DNA of 34,117 nucleotides from Patescibacteria group bacterium. Its GTDB lineage: Bacteria > Patescibacteriota > Minisyncoccia > Phycocordibacterales > UBA2100. How positions within the stretch are numbered: position 1 is the stretch's first letter; each line of letters opens with the position of its first letter. Below the pieces are notes generated by a model, which saw only the letters and a program-made list of their open reading frames with translations, ran no database searches and was not told the DNA's origin. Of this stretch, positions 14,067-23,125 are shown piece by piece. The DNA lies in assembly GCA_015489565.1 (NCBI GenBank), contig WFZM01000004.1, positions 1 through 34,117 on the forward strand, given 5' to 3'. A program made the translations under genes and the position numbers.

Positions 14067-15224
14067 ATGCCTTTTTCAAAGAAAGAAAAACAACAAGCTG
14101 TACTGCTTATAGATTTATACAAAAGCGCGGTTGATTTTAGTTTGGTATACACCAAAAATACAGAGTGTGATTTTATCAACAGTACAGACACTCTAGACTA
14201 CCTGCGCATAGAAGAGCCTAAAAGAGAACTTAGGGAAGAATCTCTGCGCAATGCACTGCAGGACGCATCTAAGAAATTAAACAGAAAACTAAAAAAATTG
14301 GGAATAGATGACTTTGTGATTTTTGTTTTACCGCACGGCGATTTATCCAAAATGCAAAATGATGAGTTGTATGTGAAGTTGCCGGAAAAAACAAATATAA
14401 ACGAAGACAGTATAGCGGACATAGTGGAAAAACACCATTTAAATGAAAGCTCGTTCAAGAATCTGCTGGAAAACAAAGAAAATGAAAAAATGTTTTTCAA
14501 ATCACGCAAAGTCATATCGCGTATATCCCCGAACCTTTATAGGACAAAATCATGGCGCAGGTCGGATATAAGTGAACTCAGTTTTCTTGTAACACAAACT
14601 TTAGTTCAAGAAGATTTATACAAAATATTGCAAGAAGAGCTCCAAGCTTTGTACCCTGAAAAAAAGCTGATTTTTATGAACCCCAATGCTCTTTTGGTTA
14701 TAAGTTTGGAAAATAAACGAAGAGAAATGGGGCTTGCGGCAAACTTTAATATCTTGGATTTAGGAGCGGAGTTCATGTCCTTTTTCCAAATATACGATGG
14801 TCATGCCATAAGCTCTCATTTACTGCCCAAAGGGGTAAACCATTTAATACGCAAGATAGATTCTTTTGAAGAAAGCTTTGAATTGTCAGAATCTGCGCTA
14901 AGAGCCTATCTTAGCGGTAATTGCAAGGGAGAAAATTGTAAGAAAATCAAATCCCTTCTTGAAGAATTTGAAAAGGAGCTTAAGGAAGAAATATCAAAAA
15001 TGAAATTAAATCCTTTCTTGAAATCAGACATAATAATCATGAGCAACCCGGACTTAAATAAAAATATAGTGATATGGCTATCAAACGTTTTTGCAAAGCT
15101 TCTAGGCGAGCATTTGCAACTTGATTTGGATTTTGAAAAAAACAGCAGGAATATAATGAGACAATATTTCTGCAGTAATAAACTTATAAACGATAAAAAA
15201 GACAGAATAATAATATTTGAATAA
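14067..15224 (+). CDS. hypothetical protein, possibly a degenerate actin-fold (PilM/FtsA-like)
   Basis: 385-aa ORF. AVLLIDLYKSAVDFSLV and FNILDLGAEFMSFFQIYDG resemble the phosphate-1 and phosphate-2 motifs of ASKHA proteins, but the conserved glycines are partly missing. The assignment is weak. Confidence 0.4.
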   Translation: MPFSKKEKQQAVLLIDLYKSAVDFSLVYTKNTECDFINSTDTLDYLRIEEPKRELREESLRNALQDASKKLNRKLKKLGIDDFVIFVLPHGDLSKMQNDELYVKLPEKTNINEDSIADIVEKHHLNESSFKNLLENKENEKMFFKSRKVISRISPNLYRTKSWRRSDISELSFLVTQTLVQEDLYKILQEELQALYPEKKLIFMNPNALLVISLENKRREMGLAANFNILDLGAEFMSFFQIYDGHAISSHLLPKGVNHLIRKIDSFEESFELSESALRAYLSGNCKGENCKKIKSLLEEFEKELKEEISKMKLNPFLKSDIIIMSNPDLNKNIVIWLSNVFAKLLGEHLQLDLDFEKNSRNIMRQYFCSNKLINDKKDRIIIFE

Positions 15225-15284
15225 GTTTTATGTTATAATACAAAAGATTCTGAATTATTTAGAATTTGTTAATTAAATAAAATT

Positions 15285-16559
15285 ATGAATCCGGAAAAAA
15301 AACACAATAAACACTCAATAAGAGATATAGAAATATCAAGGGTGAACAGTCCTGCAAAAGCAGGCAGAGTCAATAATCCAAAAAAGAAATTGAACAAGAA
15401 CGTAGTTTCCAGAAAGCGAAAAAAAAGCCTGGGACTCACTTTTGTGGCAAGTGTTTTGCTTTTGGTTGCCAGTGTTTTTTTGCTTTACTCCTTCCTTAAA
15501 CCTACCAAAGCAACGGTTGAAATACAGACCTTTTCTAAAAACGTACTCTTGACGGATGATCTTGTGCACGTGGCATACAAGGAAGCAGAGCCCGGACAGC
15601 TGGGGTTCAAGGTCCTGGAAAATAACTTTGAAAAAAGTGCTGATATTCAAGCCGATAAATTTGAATACAGTGAAGACAAAGCCTCCGGAACCCTTACCGT
15701 ATACAACAACTATTCAAACAAGCCTCAAAGAATAATAAAAAACACCAGGTTTAAATCTCCGGATGGCAAGATATATCGCGCTAAAAAAGCCTTCACTATA
15801 CCGGGTAAAAAATCCGGTACCCCGGGGCAGGTAGACGTAAAAGTTTATGCAGATGAAGCCGGCGAAAGTTATAATTTGAAATCTGGTACAAAATTTACAC
15901 TGCCGGCACTAAGTGGAGATGCTGCAGAGGGTATTTATGCTGAGGCCAAAACCGATATAAAAGGCGGCTTCAAAGGCAAAAGGGCCAGCGTATCTGAAGA
16001 AAAGAAAGAGCAAGTCTTGGTGGAGCTAAAAGAAGCTCTAAAAAAAGAAGCTTTGCAAAAGGCTTTGCTAAAGTTGGGCCCAGACTATATAAGCTTCCCT
16101 GATGCTGTTATGGTGGAGTTTGAAGAGCCGGAATACAGCTACAGCCAAAACAGCGCAAATATAAAACTTAAAGCCAAAGCTTTGGTGCCGGTATTTAACA
16201 AATACGACTTTGCAAGAGAGGTCTTGGCTCCAGCAGACGCCGAACTTGACTTTGACACAGGAAATAAAATATACATAGATAACCCGGAAGACTTGGAACT
16301 TAAAGTAACCAACAAAGATTCACTCGACCTTGAGGAGGACGAGCTTTTGAAGTTCACAGCAAAAGGGACGGCAGTAGCTAAATACTATCTGGACAAAGAA
16401 GCGATAAAGAAAGAGCTTCAGGGTAAGAACGAAACTGTTGTAAGATTTCTAAAAGAAGCTTACCCGGCAATTGAAAAAATAAACAGCATGATAGAGCCTG
16501 TCTGGAGAGATACTTTCCCTGAAGACCCTCAAAAAATACAAATAGTGGAATTGAAATAA
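15285..16559 (+). CDS. hypothetical membrane-anchored extracytoplasmic protein
   Basis: 424-aa ORF. Basic N-terminus, one TM segment (LGLTFVASVLLLVASVFLLYSFL) and a large beta-rich ectodomain. GTLTVYNNYSNKPQRIIKNTRF ... GQVDVKVYADEAGESYNLKSGTKFTLPAL faintly recalls baseplate-J-like repeats (low confidence). Confidence 0.55.
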   Translation: MNPEKKHNKHSIRDIEISRVNSPAKAGRVNNPKKKLNKNVVSRKRKKSLGLTFVASVLLLVASVFLLYSFLKPTKATVEIQTFSKNVLLTDDLVHVAYKEAEPGQLGFKVLENNFEKSADIQADKFEYSEDKASGTLTVYNNYSNKPQRIIKNTRFKSPDGKIYRAKKAFTIPGKKSGTPGQVDVKVYADEAGESYNLKSGTKFTLPALSGDAAEGIYAEAKTDIKGGFKGKRASVSEEKKEQVLVELKEALKKEALQKALLKLGPDYISFPDAVMVEFEEPEYSYSQNSANIKLKAKALVPVFNKYDFAREVLAPADAELDFDTGNKIYIDNPEDLELKVTNKDSLDLEEDELLKFTAKGTAVAKYYLDKEAIKKELQGKNETVVRFLKEAYPAIEKINSMIEPVWRDTFPEDPQKIQIVELK

Positions 16560-16565
16560 AAAGAC

Positions 16566-16594
16566 TTGCCAAATTAAAAGTTTTTTGCTAATAT
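16566..16594 (+). promoter_or_regulatory. promoter of the infA-ribosomal protein operon (TTGCCA-17-TAATAT with TGc)
   Basis: -35 at 16566-16571, 17-nt spacer ending in TGC, -10 at 16589-16594. 12 nt to ATG 16607. Confidence 0.55.
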
Positions 16595-16606
16595 AACGCG
16601 GCACTT

Positions 16607-16825
16607 ATGACAAAGAGTAAAGATTCGGAACAGTTGACGGAGGGTGTTGTAACCGAAACGATGCCCAACACACTGTTTAGAGTGCAATATGATAACGGGG
16701 AAGAAGAAATCGCTTACCTGGCCGGTAAAATGAGGATTCACCGCATTAAAGTATTGGTGGGAGACAAGGTGCTTGTTAAAAGAGATCCTTATGGTGGCAA
16801 AGGTAGGATAGTAAAACGTATATAA
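16607..16825 (+). CDS. infA: translation initiation factor IF-1
   Basis: 72-aa S1-like OB fold (GVVTETMPNTLFRVQYDNGEEEIAYLAGKMRIHRIKVLVGDKVLV). Confidence 0.93.
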   Translation: MTKSKDSEQLTEGVVTETMPNTLFRVQYDNGEEEIAYLAGKMRIHRIKVLVGDKVLVKRDPYGGKGRIVKRI

Positions 16826-16831
16826 TTTTTT

Positions 16832-16945
16832 ATGAAAGTAAAATCATCAGTAAAAAAGATTTGTCCAAAATGTAAAACCGTCCGCAGAAAGGGAAGGGTT
16901 TATGTTTTGTGTGAGAACCCTCGTCACAAGCAAAGGCAGGGTTAA
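16832..16945 (+). CDS. rpmJ: 50S ribosomal protein L36
   Basis: Below the ORF-track cutoff. Manual translation gives [37 protein letters not shown] (CxxC...CxxxH zinc ribbon). In the canonical position between infA and rpsM. Confidence 0.9.
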   Translation: MKVKSSVKKICPKCKTVRRKGRVYVLCENPRHKQRQG

Positions 16946-16982
16946 TTATAAGTTTGTAATTTTAATAGTTTAATTAGTTTAT

Positions 16983-17363
16983 ATGAGAGTAGCAGGTGTT
17001 ACAATACCAAACGATAAAAGGCTCGAGATAGGACTCACGGCCATTTTTGGAATAGGGCGCACAAGAGCCAAGAAGATTTTAGACGAAGCTAAGATAGATT
17101 ACGGCAAAAAAGCCAAGGACTTAACACCTGATGAAGAAGCTACTTTGGCAAAACTTATACAGAACTACAAGATCGAAGGTGAGCTAAGGCGCGAAGTGGC
17201 GGCGAATATTAAACGCCTAAAGGACATAGGTGCTTACAGGGGTATAAGGCACACGCTTAGACTTCCGGTTCGCGGACAAAGAACCAAGACAAACTCACGT
17301 ACTGTTCGTGGCAATGTCAGAAAGACTATGACATCGGGAAAGACTAAGGTTGAGAAGAAGTAA
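16983..17363 (+). CDS. rpsM: 30S ribosomal protein S13
   Basis: MRVAGVTIPNDKRLEIGLTAIFGIGRTRA ... YRGIRHTLRLPVRGQRTKTNSRT. Conserved operon position. Confidence 0.93.
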   Translation: MRVAGVTIPNDKRLEIGLTAIFGIGRTRAKKILDEAKIDYGKKAKDLTPDEEATLAKLIQNYKIEGELRREVAANIKRLKDIGAYRGIRHTLRLPVRGQRTKTNSRTVRGNVRKTMTSGKTKVEKK

Positions 17364-17392
17364 TTTTAACATAATAGTATAGTAGTTTAAAT

Positions 17393-17827
17393 ATGGGTAA
17401 AAAAAGAATAGTAAAAAAGAGTGGTAATGTTGTAGATAAGGGTGTGCGTGCACGCCTTCTTGCCAAACTGCCTAAAAAGAAACTGGCAAAAGGAATTTTG
17501 AATATAGAGGCGAGCTTCAATAACACCAAAGTTCTCCTTGCAGACGAGAATGGTAACACTGTTATGTGGGCTACTGCAGGATCTTTGGGCTTTTCCGGTG
17601 CTAAAAAGAGTACTCCTTTTGCTGCAGCTAAAGTTGCTGAGCTTATCGGAGACAAAGCGTCTCAAATAGGTGTAAAAGAAGTTGATGTGGTTGTTCGTGG
17701 CATAGGTGCGGGACGCGAATCAGCTATACGCGCTTTCGTTGCCAAAGGTATAGCTGTGAATACCATTCGTGATGAAACACCTATCGCACACAATGGTCCA
17801 AGACGTAGACGCCCGCGCAGAAACTAA
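17393..17827 (+). CDS. rpsK: 30S ribosomal protein S11
   Basis: ILNIEASFNNTKVLLADENGNTVMWATAGSLGFSGAKKSTPFAA ... VVVRGIGAGRESAIRA. Confidence 0.93.
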   Translation: MGKKRIVKKSGNVVDKGVRARLLAKLPKKKLAKGILNIEASFNNTKVLLADENGNTVMWATAGSLGFSGAKKSTPFAAAKVAELIGDKASQIGVKEVDVVVRGIGAGRESAIRAFVAKGIAVNTIRDETPIAHNGPRRRRPRRN

Positions 17828-17885
17828 GGTTTAATTTAATTAGATTTTTTATAAATTATTAAAATATAATTTTTTTGATAGTAAT

Positions 17886-18488
17886 ATGTTAAGTAAAGCA
17901 AAATACAAACTTTGTAAAAGACTCGGAGGAGCACTTTTTGAGAAGTGTCAAACTCAAAAATATGCTCTTTCTGAGGCAAGGGCTCGCAAGTCCAAAGGAC
18001 GCAAGCGCCAAATGAGCGACTATGGTCGCCAGCTTATAGAGAAGCAGAAAGTACGCTTTGCTTACGGAATAACGGAAAAGCAGCTTCGCAAGTACGTTCA
18101 CGAATCTATGAAAGCTCAAGATACTGTCTCTACTCTCAACCAGAAGCTTGAGATGCGTTTAGATAACGTTGTCTACAAACTGGGATTTGCCCCAACTCGC
18201 CGAGCGGCACGCCAAATGGTAAACCATGGCCACATAACCGTTAACGGACGAAAGTTAAATATCCCGTCTCACATATTAAAAGTTGGGGACGTGGTGGCTG
18301 TTCGCGAAGGTAGCAAGGCACGTACACTTTTCTCACAGCTTATGGAAACTATCTCAAAACACAAAACCGAAGAATGGCTAAATTTGGACGCAAAGAAACT
18401 CTCAGGTGAAGTAAAAGCCTTACCAAGCTTTGAGGCTGACAAATCTATATTTGACTTTGTATCGGTATTTGAGTTCTACAGCAGGTAA
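17886..18488 (+). CDS. rpsD: 30S ribosomal protein S4
   Basis: SDYGRQLIEKQKVRFAYGITEKQLRKY, RLDNVVYKLGFAPTRRAARQMVNHGHITVNGRKLNIPS (S4 RNA-binding domain). Confidence 0.93.
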   Translation: MLSKAKYKLCKRLGGALFEKCQTQKYALSEARARKSKGRKRQMSDYGRQLIEKQKVRFAYGITEKQLRKYVHESMKAQDTVSTLNQKLEMRLDNVVYKLGFAPTRRAARQMVNHGHITVNGRKLNIPSHILKVGDVVAVREGSKARTLFSQLMETISKHKTEEWLNLDAKKLSGEVKALPSFEADKSIFDFVSVFEFYSR

Positions 18489-18544
18489 AGCTCTAAGAAT
18501 TGAGTTTAAAAAGTTATTAAAAGTTTTAACGCTTAATAAAACGT

Positions 18545-19501
18545 ATGTCATACACAACACAAATCAGCTTACCAAGCAAACCTAAAACAATAAAAGAGGA
18601 TGGGAACTCAGCGCTTTTTGAGATAGAAAACCTCTACCCGGGTTATGGGCACACTTTGGGCAATTCACTTCGTAGAATAATACTTTCTTCCTTGCAAGGC
18701 GCTGCGATTACCCGCATAAAGATAGACGGGGTTGAGCATGAGTTCTCAACAATGGAAGGTGTAAAGGAGGATGTGATAGCTATCATTTTGCATCTTAAAA
18801 AGCTTAGGTTCAAAATGTTAACTGATGAGGCTCAGACTCTAAGCTTGGATGTAAAAGGACCTAAAGTGGTAACAGGTGCAGACTTTGAATTGCCGGGGCA
18901 GCTAGAGCTTCTAAACAAAGATGAGTACATCATGGAAATTACCGGAAAGGTCAACGTAAAGATGGAGCTCACGGTTGAAAAAGGTATGGGCTTTCTACCG
19001 AAGGAAGTTTTGCAAAAAGATAAAGTAGAAATAGGTACTATAGTTCCGGATGCAGCATTTGCACCTATAAGACGTGTAAACTACGAAGTGGAAAACATGC
19101 GTGTTGAGGACAGGACTGACTACAACAGACTACGCATTTTTATAGAAACAGACGGTAGCATAAGCCCTAAAGAAGCCCTTGAAGAAGCTATTCGCATAAT
19201 GATACAGCAACTCAAGGCAATAGTTGGCTTTCAAGACAATGACGAGGACTTGGCTGACACAAGCAAGGAGGAAAAGAAAGAAGAAGATGGCTCAAACACT
19301 GAGGCTTTAAAAGTTTTGATTTCTGAACTGGAGCTTTCCACCCGTACAGAATCAGTCCTTAACGAGGCAGGTATAAGAACCGTAGGAGGCCTGGTTAGAA
19401 AGAACGAAGAGGACATCTTGGGACTACCCGGCCTGGGCCAAAAAGGTCTGCAGGAGATCAAAGATGCCTTGCAAAAATTAAATTTATCTTTGAAATCATA
19501 A
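18545..19501 (+). CDS. rpoA: DNA-directed RNA polymerase subunit alpha
   Basis: N-terminal domain (GYGHTLGNSLRRILLSS-like: GYGHTLGNSLRRIILSSLQGAAI). C-terminal HhH domain (LELSTRTESVLNEAGIRTVGGL). Between rpsD and rplQ. Confidence 0.93.
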   Translation: MSYTTQISLPSKPKTIKEDGNSALFEIENLYPGYGHTLGNSLRRIILSSLQGAAITRIKIDGVEHEFSTMEGVKEDVIAIILHLKKLRFKMLTDEAQTLSLDVKGPKVVTGADFELPGQLELLNKDEYIMEITGKVNVKMELTVEKGMGFLPKEVLQKDKVEIGTIVPDAAFAPIRRVNYEVENMRVEDRTDYNRLRIFIETDGSISPKEALEEAIRIMIQQLKAIVGFQDNDEDLADTSKEEKKEEDGSNTEALKVLISELELSTRTESVLNEAGIRTVGGLVRKNEEDILGLPGLGQKGLQEIKDALQKLNLSLKS

Positions 19502-19540
19502 CTTGAAATTTATATAAATAAATGTTAAATTATAGCGCCT

Positions 19541-19894
19541 ATGAAGCATCACAAAAAAGGAAGAAAATTCGGCAGAGTCAGAAAGGTACGCGTTGGACTT
19601 ATGCGTTCTCTTGCCAGGGCTTTGGTTTTGCACGGTAAAATAGAGACAACTGTGGCAAAAGCCAAGGAGCTCAGGCCATTTATAGAAAAGCTGGTAACTT
19701 TGTCAAAGAAAGATACGGTGGCTTCCCGCAGACTGGTTGAGGCCAGAATGGGTAACGATAAAGAGGTTGCATCCAAGCTCCATAAAGAAATAGCTCCAAA
19801 ATACAAAGATAGACCCGGAGGTTACACTAGGATTGTAAAACTAGGTAAGAAATCTGACCTAAGCAATGATAAAGCTGTAATAGAATTAGTATAA
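19541..19894 (+). CDS. rplQ: 50S ribosomal protein L17
   Basis: MKHHKKGRKFGRVRKVRVGLMRSLARALVLHGKIETTVAKAKELRPFIEKL ... GGYTRIVKLG. Confidence 0.92.
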   Translation: MKHHKKGRKFGRVRKVRVGLMRSLARALVLHGKIETTVAKAKELRPFIEKLVTLSKKDTVASRRLVEARMGNDKEVASKLHKEIAPKYKDRPGGYTRIVKLGKKSDLSNDKAVIELV

Positions 19895-19905
19895 AAAGAC
19901 TTAGT

Positions 19906-20253
19906 ATGACACGAGAACTTAAAATAGACGCAAAAGGGCAAAAATTAGGTAGGCTTGCTACTTACATAGCTAGTGTTTTGAGTGGTAAAGATAGCCCTGA
20001 CTACGCACCAAACAAAGTAGCCGACGTGCAAGTTGTAGTTGAAAATGTAGATGAGCTAGATATAAGTGAGAAAAAAATGGACTCTGAAACTCACGAGCGA
20101 TATTCGGGCTACCCCGGAGGTCGCAAAGTGCTAAGCTGGAGAGAGGTAGCAGAGAAAAAAGGTGTGGCTGAGCTTTTAAGGTTGGCTGTGAAAGGTATGT
20201 TGCCAAAAAACAAACTTCAAGACAAGAGGCTGAAGAATTTAATAATTAAATAG
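19906..20253 (+). CDS. rplM: 50S ribosomal protein L13 (short, 115 aa)
   Basis: KIDAKGQKLGRLATYIASVLSGKDSPDYAPN ... YSGYPGGRK ... AVKGMLPKNKL. The C-terminus is shorter than a typical L13. Confidence 0.85.
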   Translation: MTRELKIDAKGQKLGRLATYIASVLSGKDSPDYAPNKVADVQVVVENVDELDISEKKMDSETHERYSGYPGGRKVLSWREVAEKKGVAELLRLAVKGMLPKNKLQDKRLKNLIIK

Positions 20254-20257
20254 TATT

Positions 20258-20650
20258 ATGTCAGAGAAAAAATACACAGAGGGTATAGGTAGACGCAAAG
20301 TTGCGGTTGCAAGAGTACGCATCTTTGAGGCGGCTAAAAATACTTTTGAAGTAAATGGCAAAAAGCTTGACGACTACTTTAAAACAGAAGAGCAAATAAA
20401 AACAGTAAAAGACGCCTTGGACTTAGCAGGACAAAAATTTAAAGTTAGCATAAAAGTTCTGGGGAGCGGTCTGAATGCTCAGGCAGAAGCGGTACGCCAC
20501 GGCCTGGCAAGAGCTTTGGAAAAGTTTGACCCGGCTCTACGTGCTGAACTTAAGGAAAAAGGATACATAAAGCGTGATCCACGCAAGAAAGAGCGCAAAA
20601 AATTCGGACTCAAGAAAGCACGCCGCGCACCTCAATGGTCAAAGCGTTAA
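20258..20650 (+). CDS. rpsI: 30S ribosomal protein S9
   Basis: GIGRRKVAVARVRIFE ... GSGLNAQAEAVRHGLARAL ... RDPRKKERKKFGLKKARRAPQWSKR. Confidence 0.92.
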   Translation: MSEKKYTEGIGRRKVAVARVRIFEAAKNTFEVNGKKLDDYFKTEEQIKTVKDALDLAGQKFKVSIKVLGSGLNAQAEAVRHGLARALEKFDPALRAELKEKGYIKRDPRKKERKKFGLKKARRAPQWSKR

Positions 20651-20673
20651 AATACCATGGATTTATATATTGA

Positions 20674-20708
20674 AAGTCTCTCTTATAAAAAGAGAGACTT
20701 TTTGCTTT
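20674..20708 (+). terminator. rho-independent terminator after rpsI
   Basis: Perfect 10-bp stem AAGTCTCTCT / AGAGAGACTT (20674-20683 / 20691-20700), 7-nt loop, T-rich tail TTTTGCTTTT. Confidence 0.7.
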
Positions 20709-20718
20709 TAATCTTTCA

Positions 20719-20727
20719 TGCTAAAAT
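20719..20727 (+). promoter_or_regulatory. extended -10 promoter (TGcTAAAAT), 6 nt before ATG 20734
   Basis: TG at 20719-20720 and TAAAAT at 20722-20727. Confidence 0.5.
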
Positions 20728-20733
20728 GAGCTC

Positions 20734-21444
20734 ATGCTAAAAAATCTCAATCCTAAAGAAGTCTGGGACAGGGAATATTCTGAAAGGCGTCTGATGAAAG
20801 GAGAAAAGCCTCCTAAGTCCCTTTTAAAATTCATAAAATTTCTAAAAAAAGAGGAGGGGCTGCGTGGCAAAGAATTGCCATTTGAAAATTTCAAGATTCT
20901 TGACCTTGGCTCCGGAGAAGCTAAAAATGCTGCGCACTTTGCCGGCTTGGGTGCAGAGATTTGGGCACTTGAGTTAAGCTCTGTGGCGCACAGAAACGCT
21001 ATTGCAAAATATTCCAACCTTGAATCTATACACTTTTTAAATGAGAGCTTTGCTAAAAAACTTGACTTTGAAGATGCCTTCTTTGATATAGCGTTGGATG
21101 TGACATCATCTAACTCACTCACCAGCGCAGAAAGAGACTTGCATCTTGGTGAAGTTTCTCGGGTCTTAAAGCCGGGTGGCTTCTTTTTTGTGCGGGCCCT
21201 ACTGAAAGATGGAGACGAAAATGCCAAAAAACTTCTTAAACTATATCCGGGATCCGAAGAGGGAAGCTATATATTGCCCGGCCTTAATTTGCAAGAAAAA
21301 GTTTTCTCTAAAGATGAATTCAAAAAACTCTATTCTAAGTATTTTGATATATTAAAATTAGAAGAAGAAACTCATCATATAAATTTTGAAGGCAGAATAT
21401 ACAAAAGGCGCTTCTTGATAGCTTATTTACATAAGAAAGCTTAA
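20734..21444 (+). CDS. class I SAM-dependent methyltransferase
   Basis: Motif I ILDLGSGEAKNAAHFA and post-I/II pattern (ALELS ... FDIALDV ... LKPGGFFFV). Substrate unknown. Confidence 0.7.
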   Translation: MLKNLNPKEVWDREYSERRLMKGEKPPKSLLKFIKFLKKEEGLRGKELPFENFKILDLGSGEAKNAAHFAGLGAEIWALELSSVAHRNAIAKYSNLESIHFLNESFAKKLDFEDAFFDIALDVTSSNSLTSAERDLHLGEVSRVLKPGGFFFVRALLKDGDENAKKLLKLYPGSEEGSYILPGLNLQEKVFSKDEFKKLYSKYFDILKLEEETHHINFEGRIYKRRFLIAYLHKKA

Positions 21445-21513
21445 GTAAAAAATAAAGCTTAATAAACTAAGGGGTATTAAGTTTTAAGGCTAATTGTTGC
21501 TGACTCTCAAATC

Positions 21514-21541
21514 TTGAAATTCACTTGGGATTTGCTATGCT
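21514..21541 (+). promoter_or_regulatory. grpE promoter (TTGAAA-16-TATGCT with TGc)
   Basis: -35 at 21514-21519 and -10 at 21536-21541. 9 nt to ATG 21551. No CIRCE-like element seen. Confidence 0.45.
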
Positions 21542-21550
21542 TAAGAGCAT

Positions 21551-22132
21551 ATGAAAAATAAGCCGGAAAAAAAGCAGAAGGATGAAGAAAAGGACTTAAA
21601 AATAGAAGAGCCTGCAGAAGAAATAGAATACGAAGATGAAGCTTTGCCACAAGATAAGCTCAAAAAACTGCGTGAAAAATTGAAAAAATGCGAAGAGGAA
21701 AAGCGGGAATTTCTGGAAGGCTGGCAAAGAGCAAAAGCGGATGCCGTGAACGAGAAAAAACGCTTTGCCGAAGACTTAAAACGAGCCAGACTGGACGGTA
21801 AAAAAGAAGCCCTGGAAAAAATTATCCCTGTTTTAGATAGTTTTCACATGGCTTTTCAAGGAGATGCTTGGGAAAGTTTAGATCCAGCATATAAAAGTGG
21901 TATAGAATACATATTTAATCAGTTTAACAGCGCTCTTGCAGACTTGGGAGCTAAAGATTATGCAAAGGAAGGGGAGAGCTTTGACCCACTTTTGCACGAG
22001 GCGTTAAAAGACATAGAAACAGACGAAGAAGACAAGGATTCAAAAATAGCAAAAGTATTGCGCAAAGGATATGTGATAGAAGAGACAGTGCTCCGCCCTG
22101 CGCAAGTTGAAGTCTATAAATTTAAAAAATAA
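21551..22132 (+). CDS. grpE: nucleotide exchange factor GrpE
   Basis: Acidic/coiled N-terminus, then WQRAKADAVNEKKRF ... IIPVLDSFHMA ... FDPLLHEAL ... KGYVIEETVLRPAQVEV, typical of GrpE. Confidence 0.88.
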   Translation: MKNKPEKKQKDEEKDLKIEEPAEEIEYEDEALPQDKLKKLREKLKKCEEEKREFLEGWQRAKADAVNEKKRFAEDLKRARLDGKKEALEKIIPVLDSFHMAFQGDAWESLDPAYKSGIEYIFNQFNSALADLGAKDYAKEGESFDPLLHEALKDIETDEEDKDSKIAKVLRKGYVIEETVLRPAQVEVYKFKK

Positions 22133-22150
22133 ATTTCCCAAAATACAAAT

Positions 22151-22308
22151 AGACTTGTTCCCAAACAACAAAAAGTGAATTTTAGACGATTTTTGAGCGA
22201 GGTGAAGTTGAGGAAACCGAGCAAATACAGCGTATTTGTGAGTGTTGACGAAGCAAGTCACAGCCAAAAAGCGTCAAAATGAAAAAATGCTTGTTTGGGA
22301 ACAAGTCT
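22151..22308. repeat. 158-bp element bounded by perfect 18-bp terminal inverted repeats (MITE-like or structured RNA)
   Basis: AGACTTGTTCCCAAACAA (22151-22168) is the exact reverse complement of 22291-22308. The 122-nt interior has further nested pairings (22185-22195 / 22265-22275; hairpin CAAATAC-AGC-GTATTTG at 22222-22238). Confidence 0.6.
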
Positions 22309-22325
22309 CATCTAAAAAGCCGGCA

Positions 22326-23108
22326 TCAGTCCGGTTTTTTAGCGCTTTGCCATAGAAGCTCAAAGATATTTTTATGTGTTTGGCTTATAAAACGGTCTTT
22401 GATTAAAACCGCACTTTGAGTTTTGTAAGATACGAAGGCCGTTTTTTCATAGCTTATTAAAATGTCATTTAGAACTTCTGTTTTCTCAAGTAATCGCACT
22501 GGGCGCTTTTTGAACTTAAAAGGCTTGCCAAGTAAAGGCGTATAGCCATACTGAGCATAAAGCATTCCATCCTCGTCGTCCGGCACTAACTCTTTTAAGT
22601 CTATGCCGTGCTCTTCAACATTTTTTAAAAATTTTACTCCGTCATTTTCATTAAACACTTCAAACAGTTCTTTTGGGGAAAAAATACTATATAAAAAACC
22701 TGTATCACGCGTCATCTCGTCGTAAAGCTCACGCACAGCTCGCAAACCCTCAAAGGAAATTACTTTCAGAGCTGACGATTGAGAGTTTTGATACAATTCT
22801 TGCAGTTTTGGAAGGGACTCTTCAATAAGCCTGTCCTGTCTTTTTTTAAGCTCAAGTATCTTTCTTGGCTCTTGTGCCAGGTAGGCTATGCGCTTGCCCT
22901 TGATAGACTTGCGCACAAGATCAAAACCAAGCAAACGCTCCATATAAGGGTAAAGTGTGGTTCTGTTAGCGCCTATCTCGCGGGCGATATCGCTAAGTAG
23001 CGCCTCTCCAAGTTTCAATAAGGACAAATAGATTCTTACTTCTTCTTCCTTTAAGCCCAGCGACTCTAGGGCTTCAAACAGTTTCTTGGAATGCTCTGCT
23101 TTTATCAT
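22326..23108 (-). CDS. TrmB-family transcriptional regulator
   Basis: N-terminal winged HTH of TrmB type (EEEVRIYLSLLKLGEALLSDIAREIGANRTTLYPYMERLLGFDLVRKSIKGKRIAYLAQEP). 260 aa with a C-terminal effector-like domain. Confidence 0.7.
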   Translation of the reverse strand: MIKAEHSKKLFEALESLGLKEEEVRIYLSLLKLGEALLSDIAREIGANRTTLYPYMERLLGFDLVRKSIKGKRIAYLAQEPRKILELKKRQDRLIEESLPKLQELYQNSQSSALKVISFEGLRAVRELYDEMTRDTGFLYSIFSPKELFEVFNENDGVKFLKNVEEHGIDLKELVPDDEDGMLYAQYGYTPLLGKPFKFKKRPVRLLEKTEVLNDILISYEKTAFVSYKTQSAVLIKDRFISQTHKNIFELLWQSAKKPD

Positions 23109-23116
23109 TAAGGCAA

Positions 23117-23125
23117 ATTATATCA
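23117..23125 (-). promoter_or_regulatory. extended -10 promoter (TGaTATAAT), 8 nt before ATG 23108
   Basis: The reverse complement of 23117-23125 reads TGATATAAT. Confidence 0.5.
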
